Assembly: GCA_963729985.1 (NCBI GenBank)
Contig: CAVSPJ010000002.1
Location: forward strand, 394,015-458,014
Direction: 5' to 3'
DNA: 64,000 nt
DNA from: an uncultured Gemmatimonadales bacterium
Lineage (GTDB): Bacteria > Gemmatimonadota > Gemmatimonadetes > Gemmatimonadales > GWC2-71-9
The notes under the pieces were generated by a model. That model saw only the letters and a program-made list of their open reading frames with translations. It did no database searches and had not been told where the DNA came from. Of the stretch, positions 36,473 to 44,734 are shown one piece after another. The number at the start of each line of letters is the position of its first letter. The first letter of the stretch is position 1. Both the position numbers and the translations under genes were made by a program.

Positions 36473-37370
36473 ATGGTCATAGAGAACGGCGGGGTGCCGC
36501 AAAGCGCAAGTGAAGATGCGAGCCAGTCCACCGTCGCGCAAGCACATCGGCAAGGATGGTTCGAAGGCGCAGGTGGGCTGTCACTGTTTCGCCAGACATG
36601 GCGGCCGGCGGGGCATCCCAGGGCCGTTCTGATCAACGTCCACGGCCTGGGCGATCACTCCGGGCTCTACCCGGCGCTGGCTGAGCATTTCACTGCGCGG
36701 GGCATCGCGGTGTACGCTCCCGACCTGCGGGGTAACGGGCGCTCACCGGGCCAGCGGGGCTACGTCGAGCGCTGGGAGGAGTATCGCGAGGACCTCGAGC
36801 GCTTCATCGCCGTGGTCCGCCAGGAGGAGCCCGGCCGGCCGATGTTTCTGCTGGGCAACAGCCTCGGCGGTCTCATCGTCCTGGATTACGTGCTGCACCG
36901 GCCGGAGGGCATCCGGGGCGTGATCGCCGCGTCGCCGGCGGTGGGCCGGCTCGGTGTGCCGGCGCTGCTCATGGCGCTCGGCCGGGTCCTTTCCCGGGTC
37001 TGGCCCCGCTTCTCCCTCCGCACCGGCATGGATCTCTCCGGACTCGCGCGCGATCCCGCTGGTGACGGAGACCCTGCTGGCCGATCCGCTGTTCCACCGG
37101 CTGGGAACGGCGCGGCTCTCGACCGAGATCACGGCGGCCATCGCGTGGGTCCAGGCCGCGGCGCCGCGGTTCCCGCTGCCACTGCTGGTGCTCCACGGCT
37201 CGGCCGACCGGATGGTTCCGCCGGAGGGGAGCCGCGCCTTCGTCGCGCGCGTCGGCCACCCGGATTGCGAGCTCCGCGAATACCCCGGCGCCTACCATGC
37301 CCTCTTCGCCGACCTGGACCGTGAGCGCGTCCTGACGGACGTGGAACAATGGATCTCGGCCCGGCTCTGA
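36473..37370 (+). pseudogene. Alpha/beta hydrolase (lysophospholipase / monoacylglycerol lipase-like) with one +1 frame disruption near 37055
   Basis: The N-terminal part (frame of 36473) carries ...VLINVHGLGDHSGLY...FLLGNSLGGLIV (nucleophile elbow GNSLG)...GMDLSGLARDP. The C-terminal part (frame of 36954) carries LVTETLLADPLFHRLGTARLSTE...LLVLHGSADRMV...YPGAYHALF (catalytic Asp and His). Confidence 0.75.
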
Positions 37371-37765
37371 CGCCGCTCTCCCGCGCCTTGCGGCTGCGCT
37401 GCCCTCACTGCGGGGGAGGACCGATCTTCGTGACCTGGACGCGGCTGGTACCCAATTGCCCGGTGTGCGGGCTCGGACTGGAGCGGGGCGAGCAGGGCTA
37501 CTGGCTCGGCGCCTACTTCTTCAACCTGATGGCGGTGGAGACGCTCTTCGTCGTCTGGGTGGTGGGCCTGCTCTGGTGGACCTGGCCGTCCCCGCCGTGG
37601 AGGTTCTTCCAGATCGGCACCATCGTCCTCATGACGGTGTCGCCGTTCGCGTTCTTTCCGTTCTCCAAGACGCTCTTCCTGGCGTTCGATCTCTGGGTGC
37701 GACCGCCGGCGGAGGAGGACTTCATCCTTCCGCACGAAGTGGCTCGCCGGCACAGGCCGGCGTAA
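37349..37765 (+). CDS. DUF983 family zinc-ribbon membrane protein
   Basis: ...LRCPHCGGGPIF...CPVCGL...ERGEQGYWLGAYFFN... followed by 2 TM helices. Confidence 0.75.
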   Translation: MDLGPALTPLSRALRLRCPHCGGGPIFVTWTRLVPNCPVCGLGLERGEQGYWLGAYFFNLMAVETLFVVWVVGLLWWTWPSPPWRFFQIGTIVLMTVSPFAFFPFSKTLFLAFDLWVRPPAEEDFILPHEVARRHRPA

Positions 37766-37798
37766 CTTCCCCGTACCCCAACCTTCACCCCACCACGC

Positions 37799-39059
37799 AT
37801 GTGGATCCTTCTGAGCCTCGCCGCCGGGGCGCTGATCGTCCTGGCCATCGCCAATCTGTCGTCCAGCGCGAAGAAGGTCGAGCACCAGATCGACCATCTC
37901 TACTCGGCGGGCGATCCGCAGTTCGTCCGCTCGGTGGGCTCGCTCCTGGGTCCCGGAATCGTGGCCGGCAACACGGTGCGAGCCCTCTGCAACGGCGACG
38001 AGATCTTTCCCGCGATGCTGGACGCGATCCGGGGCGCGACCCGTACCATCTGCTTCGAGACCTTCATCTACTGGTCGGGCGCGATCGGCCGCGAGTTCGC
38101 CGAGGCACTGATCGAGCGGGCCGGCGCCGGCGTGAAGATTCACGTCGTGCTCGACTGGGTCGGCTCGGGGAAGATGGATCAGGCCCTGATCGAGCAGATG
38201 ACGGGTGCCGGCGTCGAGGTCGTGCGAGTACCATCCGCTACGCTGGTACAGCGTGGGCCGCCTCAACAACCGGACCCACCGCAAGCTGCTGATCGTGGAT
38301 GGAACGGTGGGATTCACCGGTGGAGTCGGCATCGCGGACCAGTGGCTGGGGCACGCCCAGGATCCGGAGCACTGGCGCGACTCGCATTTTCGCCTGGAAG
38401 GGCCGGCGGTGGCTCAGATGCAGGCCGCGTTCATGGACAACTGGATGGAGACCTGCTCCGAGGTCCTGCACGGGGAGGAGTACTTCCCTCCACTCGAGAC
38501 GGTGGGGCCGCACATCGCGCAGCTCTTCAAGAGCTCGGCCGACGACGCGAGCGAGAGCGTGCGCCTGATGTACCTGCTCTCGATCGCCTCGGCGACCAAG
38601 AGCGTGCGCATCGCCAACGCCTACTTCGTACCCGACGCGCTCGCCGTCTCCAGTCTGGTGGCCGCGCAGCGCCGCGGGGTGCGGGTGGAGATCATCGTGC
38701 CCAGCAGCCGCACCGACGCGAAGGTGGTTCGGCGGGCGTCACGTTCGCTGTGGGGACCGCTGCTGGAGGCCGGCATCGCCATCCACGAGTACCAGCCCAC
38801 CATGTATCACGTGAAGGTCGTGGTGGTGGACGACGTCTGGACCTCGGTGGGCTCCACCAACTTCGACAATCGGTCGTTCCGGCTGAACGACGAGGCCAAC
38901 CTCAACGTCCTCGACGCCGAGTTCGCTGCCGGCCAGGCGGCCCAGTTCGAGGCCGACAAGGCCAGGGCCCGCCGGATCACCCTGGAAGAGTGGCGCGGGC
39001 GACCCTGGCGCGAGCGGGCCGTCGAGCGGCTCGCGAGCCTGCTGCGCCTTCAGTTATAA
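37799..39059 (+). pseudogene. cls: Cardiolipin synthase (PLD superfamily, two HKD motifs) with one +1 frame disruption near 38222
   Basis: The N-terminal part (37799 frame) reads MWILLSLAAGALIVLA...CNGDEIFPAMLDAIRGA...IHVVLDWVGS...GAGVEV. The rest (38205 frame) reads EYHPLRWYSVGRLNNRTHRKLLIVDG (HKD-1) ... YHVKVVVVDDVWTSVGSTNFDNRS (HKD-2). Confidence 0.8.
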
Positions 39060-39072
39060 GGAGCATGGCCCC

Positions 39073-40395
39073 ATGGGGTTTCTGCGTCTGTGGTGGATCG
39101 AGATCTGGTCGAGCCTGTGGTTCATCCCCGGGCTCATGGTGGTGGGAGCCGTTGCCGCGGCCGTGTTGCTGGTCGACCTGACCTTCCCCCTCGGCGAGGA
39201 GGCGGTACAGCGATGGCCCCGACTGCTCGGGGCCGGGGCGGAGGGATCCAGGGCGATGCTGACGGCGGTCGCCACCTCGATGATCACCGTCGCCGGCGTG
39301 GTCTTCTCCATCACCATCGTAGTCCTCTCACAGGCCTCCAGCCAGTACACTTCCCGGGTTCTCCGAAATTTCATGCGCGACCGGATGAATCAGACGGTGC
39401 TGGGCGTGTTCGTCGGGATCTTCGCCTATTGCCTCGTCGTCCTGCGCACCATTCGGAGCGGTGACGAAGGGGCATTCGTCCCTTCGGTCGCGGTCCTTGG
39501 AGGAGTGGTGCTGGCCTTCGTGGGCATCGGCTTCCTGGTGTACTTCATCCATCATATCGCGACCGCGATCCAGGCCTCGTCCATCCTGGCGGCGGCGGCG
39601 GCGGAGACGCTCCGGGCGGTGGACCGGCTGTTTCCCGAGCCGATGGGTGACGAGGGGGACGAGGAGTCGGCTTCGGTCGGGGAGGAAGACGGGCCGGCGC
39701 GTCGTTGGCGGCCGGTCCCCGCCGGCCGATCGGGCTACATCCAGCTGCTGGATGACCAGGCGCTGCTCGAGGCCGCCTACCGGGGTGACACCGTCGTTCG
39801 GATGGAACGGAGTATCGGCGAGTTCGTGATCCAGGGAACCGCGTTGGCGGAGGTCGAGGTGAGGCAGGCCGGCACGGGGGACATGGATATCGAGGGTCTC
39901 GCCGACGCTTTCACCATCGGCCGCCAGAGAACCGTGGACCAGGATGCGGGCTATGGAATCCGCCAGATCGTGGATGTGGCGCTCAAGGCGTTATCGCCCG
40001 GCATCAACGACAGCACCACCGCGGTCATGTGCGTGGACTATCTGACGGCCATCCTCTCGCGGGTGGCGAGCCGCCGCTTCCCGTCGCCCCTGCGCACCAG
40101 GGATGGCGTGCTTCGAGTAATCGCGCGGGGTCCGTCGTTCCGCAAGTTGATGGACGAAGCTTTCGATCAGATCCGCCAGCATAGCGACGGCAACGTGGCG
40201 GTGCTCGGCCGCCTGCTGTGGGCCCTTCGATCGCTTTCCGAACTGCCCACCGGACTTGGCCGGCGCCGGGTCCTGCGCGACCACGCGGCCGCGCTGCACG
40301 AGACGATCCTGGGAACCGTCCCCTCTCCGACCGAGCGTCGCGGGCTCGACGCCGCGTACGAGGACCTGATCCGGCAGCTCGGCACCGCCGCCTGA
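39073..40395 (+). CDS. DUF2254 domain membrane protein
   Basis: 440 aa. ...SRAMLTAVATSMITVAGVVFSITIVVLSQASSQYTSRVLRNF... and ...DQDAGYGIRQIVDVALKALSPGINDSTTA... are typical DUF2254 blocks. Confidence 0.8.
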   Translation: MGFLRLWWIEIWSSLWFIPGLMVVGAVAAAVLLVDLTFPLGEEAVQRWPRLLGAGAEGSRAMLTAVATSMITVAGVVFSITIVVLSQASSQYTSRVLRNFMRDRMNQTVLGVFVGIFAYCLVVLRTIRSGDEGAFVPSVAVLGGVVLAFVGIGFLVYFIHHIATAIQASSILAAAAAETLRAVDRLFPEPMGDEGDEESASVGEEDGPARRWRPVPAGRSGYIQLLDDQALLEAAYRGDTVVRMERSIGEFVIQGTALAEVEVRQAGTGDMDIEGLADAFTIGRQRTVDQDAGYGIRQIVDVALKALSPGINDSTTAVMCVDYLTAILSRVASRRFPSPLRTRDGVLRVIARGPSFRKLMDEAFDQIRQHSDGNVAVLGRLLWALRSLSELPTGLGRRRVLRDHAAALHETILGTVPSPTERRGLDAAYEDLIRQLGTAA

Positions 40396-40428
40396 GCTCC
40401 GGCCAGCTCGGTGCGGCGGTCGAACCCT

Positions 40429-41742
40429 CTACCGCGAGGACGTCTGGCCCTGAGGAGCTCCGGATGCCGTGGCCCGCGCGCAGGCGGCGGCTCGCCCAAG
40501 GAGGACGTCGCGTTCTCGCGCATTGCGGGTGAGCGACGCCGCGCGCTCGAACTCGACCCGGGCCTCGTCGAAGCGGCCGAGCTGGTCGAGCAGGTCGCCG
40601 CGCACGGCTGGGAGGAGGTGATAGGACTTGAGCAGGGGCTCCGCTCCCAGCGACTCGACCAGCTCGAGTCCCGCGGCCGGTCCGTGGGCCCGGGAGACCG
40701 CGACCGCCCGGTTCAATTCCACCACGGGAGAAGGCGCGACCCGGGCGAGCTGATCGTAGAGCGCGGCGATGCGGGCCCAGTCCGTCTCGTCCGGTGCGTG
40801 GGCCCGCGCGTGGCACCCGGCAATCGCGGCCTGCAGCGCATAGGGACCGGCGGCCCCACCCAACTCCTCGGCCCGGCGAAGCCCGTCCAGACCTCGCCGG
40901 ATGAGCAGCTGGTCCCAGCGCGCGCGGCTCTGATCGAGTAGCAGAATCGGCTCTCCCGACGGCCCCAGCCGCGCCTTGGATCGCGACGCCTGGATCTCCA
41001 TCAACGCCACCAGCCCATGCACCTCCGGCTCCTCGGGCGCGAGCCCAGCCAGAATGCGGCCGAGCCGCATCGCATCCTCGCACAGTGCCGGCCGCATCCA
41101 GTCATCGCCGGCGGTGGCCGAATAGCCCTCGTTGAACACGAGATAAAGGACCTCGAGCACCGACGAGAGCCGGGCGGTAAGGTCCTGGCCGCGGGGCACC
41201 TCGAACGGCACCTTGGCCTCGGCGAGGGTCCGCTTGGCCCGCACGATGCGCTGGGCGATCGTCGCGGTCGGGACCAGGAAGGCCCGGGCGATCTCCTCGG
41301 TGGTGAGCCCGCCGAGGACGCGGAGGGTGAGCGCGACCCGCGCTTCGGTGGAGAGCACCGGATGGCAGGCGGTGAACATGAGGCGCAGCAGGTCGTCGCC
41401 GACGTGATCGTCGATCGCGGCGTCGAGATCCGGCACGGCCATCTCCTGGCGGGCCTCGAGCTCGTGCCCCAGCTGCTGGTGCTTGCGGTCGAGCAGCGAC
41501 CTCCGGCGCAGGAGGTCGATCGCACGGTGCTTCGCGGTGGCCATGAGCCAGGCGCCCGGATTGTCCGGGACGCCCGATTCCGGCCACCGCTCCAGCGCGG
41601 CGACGAGGGCGTCCTGCGCCAGGTCCTCGGCCGCGCCCACGTCGCCCACCATCCGCGTCAGGCTGGCGATGAGCCTGGCCGACTCGATCCTCCAGACCGC
41701 GTCGATCGCTCGATGAGTATCGGGAACCGTCACGGCTCCCAA
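40429..41742 (-). CDS. Sigma-70 family (ECF-like) RNA polymerase sigma factor with a long C-terminal TPR-like extension
   Basis: Sigma region 2 (...DLAQDALVAALERWPESGVPDNPGAWLMATAKHRAIDLLRR...) and region 4 (...LGGLTTEEIARAFLVPTATIAQRIVRAKRTL...), plus a C-terminal domain of about 200 aa. The usual genomic partner is a YCII-family gene upstream. Confidence 0.85.
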   Translation of the reverse strand: MGAVTVPDTHRAIDAVWRIESARLIASLTRMVGDVGAAEDLAQDALVAALERWPESGVPDNPGAWLMATAKHRAIDLLRRRSLLDRKHQQLGHELEARQEMAVPDLDAAIDDHVGDDLLRLMFTACHPVLSTEARVALTLRVLGGLTTEEIARAFLVPTATIAQRIVRAKRTLAEAKVPFEVPRGQDLTARLSSVLEVLYLVFNEGYSATAGDDWMRPALCEDAMRLGRILAGLAPEEPEVHGLVALMEIQASRSKARLGPSGEPILLLDQSRARWDQLLIRRGLDGLRRAEELGGAAGPYALQAAIAGCHARAHAPDETDWARIAALYDQLARVAPSPVVELNRAVAVSRAHGPAAGLELVESLGAEPLLKSYHLLPAVRGDLLDQLGRFDEARVEFERAASLTRNARERDVLLGRAAACARATASGAPQGQTSSR

Positions 41743-41779
41743 TCAGGCCACCTTTATTCTCCGGTGCAAGCCTGCCCAT

Positions 41780-42037
41780 CTACTTCCTGATCGCGGTTCC
41801 CATCTCGCGAAAGCGCTCGACCGCCTCGCCGGGGGGCGACGGGAAACGCTTGGCCCACTCCATTCCCTCTTCCCACGACTTGACTTGGATGAGGGGTATA
41901 GCCGGCGATGAGCTCCTTCGATTCGGCGAATGGGCAAATCGACACGACCGGCGAACCCGAACTCGAGCGATGGGGGCGTCGCTGGTGTAACGCGGTCCAC
42001 CCTTACAGATTGGCCCTATCTCCTTCCGCGGTGACAC
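41780..42037 (-). pseudogene. YCII/DGPF-family gene remnant: N-terminally truncated, with three closely spaced +1 shifts
   Basis: Family-like peptide pieces occur in three frames: ...TSDAPIARVRVR / AGRVD / CPFAESKELIAGYT / LIQVKSWEEGMEWAKRFP.... The expected roughly 60 N-terminal codons would overlap the oppositely oriented kinase gene. Confidence 0.55.
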
Positions 42038-44437
42038 CTGACCGCTCCTCCCCCGCCGCTCTCAGACGCCCTGCGCGACCGCTACGTCCTGGAGCGCGAA
42101 GTAGGACGCGGCGGCATGGCCACGGTCTGGCTGGCGCGCGACCTCAGACACGAGCGGCCGGTGGCACTCAAGGTGTTGCGGCTCGAGCTGGGAGCCGTTC
42201 TGGGCGCCGAGCGCTTCCTGCGCGAGATCCGGCTCACCGCCAACCTCCAGCACCCCCACATCCTCCCGCTGCTCGACTCCGGCGAGGCGGCGGGCCAGTT
42301 GTTCTACGTCATGCCCTACGTGGAGGGGGAGTCACTGCGCCAGCGGCTCACGCTCGAGGGCCAGCTGCCGGTGCCGGAGGCGCTCCGGCTGACGGGTGAG
42401 GTGGCCGAGGCGCTCGACTATGCCCACCAGTTGGGAATCATCCACCGCGACATCAAGCCGGAGAACATCCTGCTCTCCAGGGGGCACGCCCTGGTCGCGG
42501 ACTTCGGCATCGCGCTCGCCGTGAGCCAGGCCGGGGCTGGCCGGCTGACCGAGACGGGGCTCTCACTCGGGACCCCGGCCTACATGAGCCCGGAACAGGC
42601 CATGGCCGACCGCCGGCTGGACGGGCGGAGCGATCAGTACAGCCTGGCGTGCGTGCTCTACGAGATGCTGGCGGGCGAGCCGCCCTTCACGGGGACCACC
42701 GCGCAGGCGATCCTGGCCCGGCACGCACTGGACGCGGTGCCCAGCATGCGCACCGTCCGAAGCTCGGTGCCCGAGCCGGTGGAGCGGGTGGTTCTCCGGG
42801 CCCTGGGGAAAGTGCCCGCCGACCGCTATGCCACCGCCCGGGAATTCGCCGACTCGCTCGCCCGGGCGGTGTCACCGCAGGCGGTCACGCCCGAGCCCCA
42901 CCGCGCCCGGGCGCGATTCGTGGGGCTTTTCGGCGTCGCCTCGGTCGTTGCGGTGACCCTGTGGTGGACCGCCGGTGGCACGGACCGCCTGACTGGAGCC
43001 GGACGCGCCGCGGGGGGGCCGGTGCGGCGGGTGGCCATTCTCTCCTTTGCCAACCTCTCACCCGACACCGCGGATGCATACCTCGCCCGGGGCATCGGCG
43101 AGGAGATCGGCTCCAGACTGGGCGACTTCCCGGATCTCGTGGTGGCCAGCCGCAGCTCGGTCGAGCGCCTCGAGCGGACCGGTGCCGTCGAGTTGCTCGA
43201 CCGGGCCCGCGCGCTGGGTTTCGGCTACGTCGTGGAGGGGAGCGTGCGCCGGGCCGGCGAGCGGGTGCGGGTGTCGGTTCGGCTGGTCGAGGCCGACCAG
43301 GGCGTGCGGCGCTGGGCCCGGAGTTACGATCGCGCCACAACCGACCTTCTGGCGCTGCAGGACGAGATCGCGATCGAGGTGGCGAAGGCGGTGGCGGGCC
43401 ATCTCGGGTCCACGGACGGCGGCCGGCGCACCGGAACGGGTCCAACCCCCGCGGCTCATGACCAGCTCCTGCGGGGTAACTACTACGTGGCGCAGCGCAA
43501 TCCCCGCGGGCTCGCCCGGGGCCTCGAGGCCTATGCGGAGGCCACCCGGCTCGACTCGACCTTCGCTCCGGGATTCGCCAGGCTGGCCCACGCATATCTG
43601 CTCTTCCTCGATTGGGGCTGGAGCTACGAGGGGCTCCCGCCGGAGAGCCTGTTCGCCCGCGGGAGGCGGGCGGCCGAGCGCGCCGTGGGACTGGACTCCA
43701 CGCTCGCGGAGGGGTGGCTGGCGCGAGGGAGCCTCCTCCGGTTCGGCGATGAGCGCCGCTTCACAGGCGTCAGGGAAGCGCTCCAGCGTGCGGTGGACCT
43801 GGATCCGGGAAACGCCGAGGCGCACCACGAGTTCGGCATGGTCTTGCGGCTGCTGGGCGATGATTCCGCCGCGGCGGAGCAGTTCCGCCAGGCGCTCGCA
43901 ATCGAGCCCGATCGCCCGATGAGCCTGGTCCACCTCGGCTGGATCGACATGGCGGGGCGGCGGTACGGCGAGGCGCGCCGCTGGCTCGACAGCGCGGCCG
44001 CGGTGAACCCAGGGTTCTTCCAGGCGCACATGGAGCGGGCCCAGCTTCGCCTGGCGATGGGAGACACCGCGGGCGCCCGCGGCGACGCGGAGACCGCGAT
44101 TCAGTTACGTCCGCAGAGCGATCCACTGGCGGCCGAGGAAGTGCTGCTCGCTCTCGAGCTCCGGAGCCGCGACACGACGGCCGCGCGGACGCGGCTCGCC
44201 CGGCTTCGGCCGGCCGCGCCGGGGCCCGGCGAGGCGGGCGTGCATCAGGCGACCGCTTGGGCGGCCCTGCTGGTCGCCGCGGGCGAGTACCCTGAGGCGA
44301 TCGCCTTCCTGGAGCGGGCGCGGGTCGCCCCCGCGCACCTCCGGATCCACCTCGAGGAGCCCAAGTTCGACCCCCTCCGGGGCGACCCGCGCTTCGAGCA
44401 ACTGATGAAGGCGTTGCGGGTGCAGGGAACGGAGTGA
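42031..44437 (+). CDS. Serine/threonine protein kinase with TM segment and C-terminal TPR repeats; the 5' end is ambiguous (first in-frame ATG is at 42116)
   Basis: Kinase motifs: G-loop GRGGMATVW, VALKVL, HRDIKPENILL, DFGIA, SPEQ. The G-loop and DRYVLEREV lie upstream of ATG 42116, in a frame closed by TGA 42032-42034. Confidence 0.85.
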
Positions 44438-44484
44438 CCGGCATGGGCAATCCGTGCTTGGACGGACTAGTTCCCCCTCCCAGC

Positions 44485-44540
44485 TTGACGATCAGGTACT
44501 TCGGCATATATTCGGTGAGCGATACCGAACGAAACCCGAA
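44485..44540 (+). promoter_or_regulatory. Promoter + operator, site A (SOS-like box) upstream of the zinc-ribbon ORF / radical SAM operon
   Basis: TTGACG (44485-44490), 16 nt, TATATT (44507-44512), 10 nt, then TACCGAACGAAACCCGAA (44523-44540). Confidence 0.65.
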
Positions 44541-44554
44541 GCAACGGACGCCTC

Positions 44555-44734
44555 ATGCTCTTCCTCGACCCTCTCCGCAAACTCGGCCAGCGCCGCACGC
44601 CAGCCCTCAAACCGACGACCTACTACGTCCCCGTCGTTCATTCGGTCAGAGTCTGCCCCGAATGCGCCGGGCCCCTGACCAACGCGTCCGGCTGTATCGG
44701 CTGCGTGTACTGCGGATGGGGGCGGTGCGGGTGA
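44555..44734 (+). CDS. Small zinc-ribbon protein (59 aa, unlisted ORF)
   Basis: MLFLDPLRKLGQRRTPALKPTTYYVPVVHSVRVCPECAGPLTNASGCIGCVYCGWGRCG*. Very high GC3, with CxxC...CxxCxxC...C motifs. Its TGA is in a GTGA overlap with the radical SAM start. Confidence 0.6.
   Translation: MLFLDPLRKLGQRRTPALKPTTYYVPVVHSVRVCPECAGPLTNASGCIGCVYCGWGRCG

Noticed and set aside
44434-44730. N-terminal 99 codons of the 456-aa ORF containing the radical SAM domain
   Set aside because: This stretch spans the kinase stop, the promoter/operator module and, in another frame, the high-GC3 zinc-ribbon ORF. Its composition is not protein-like. The GTGA-coupled GTG 44731 fits better as the start.
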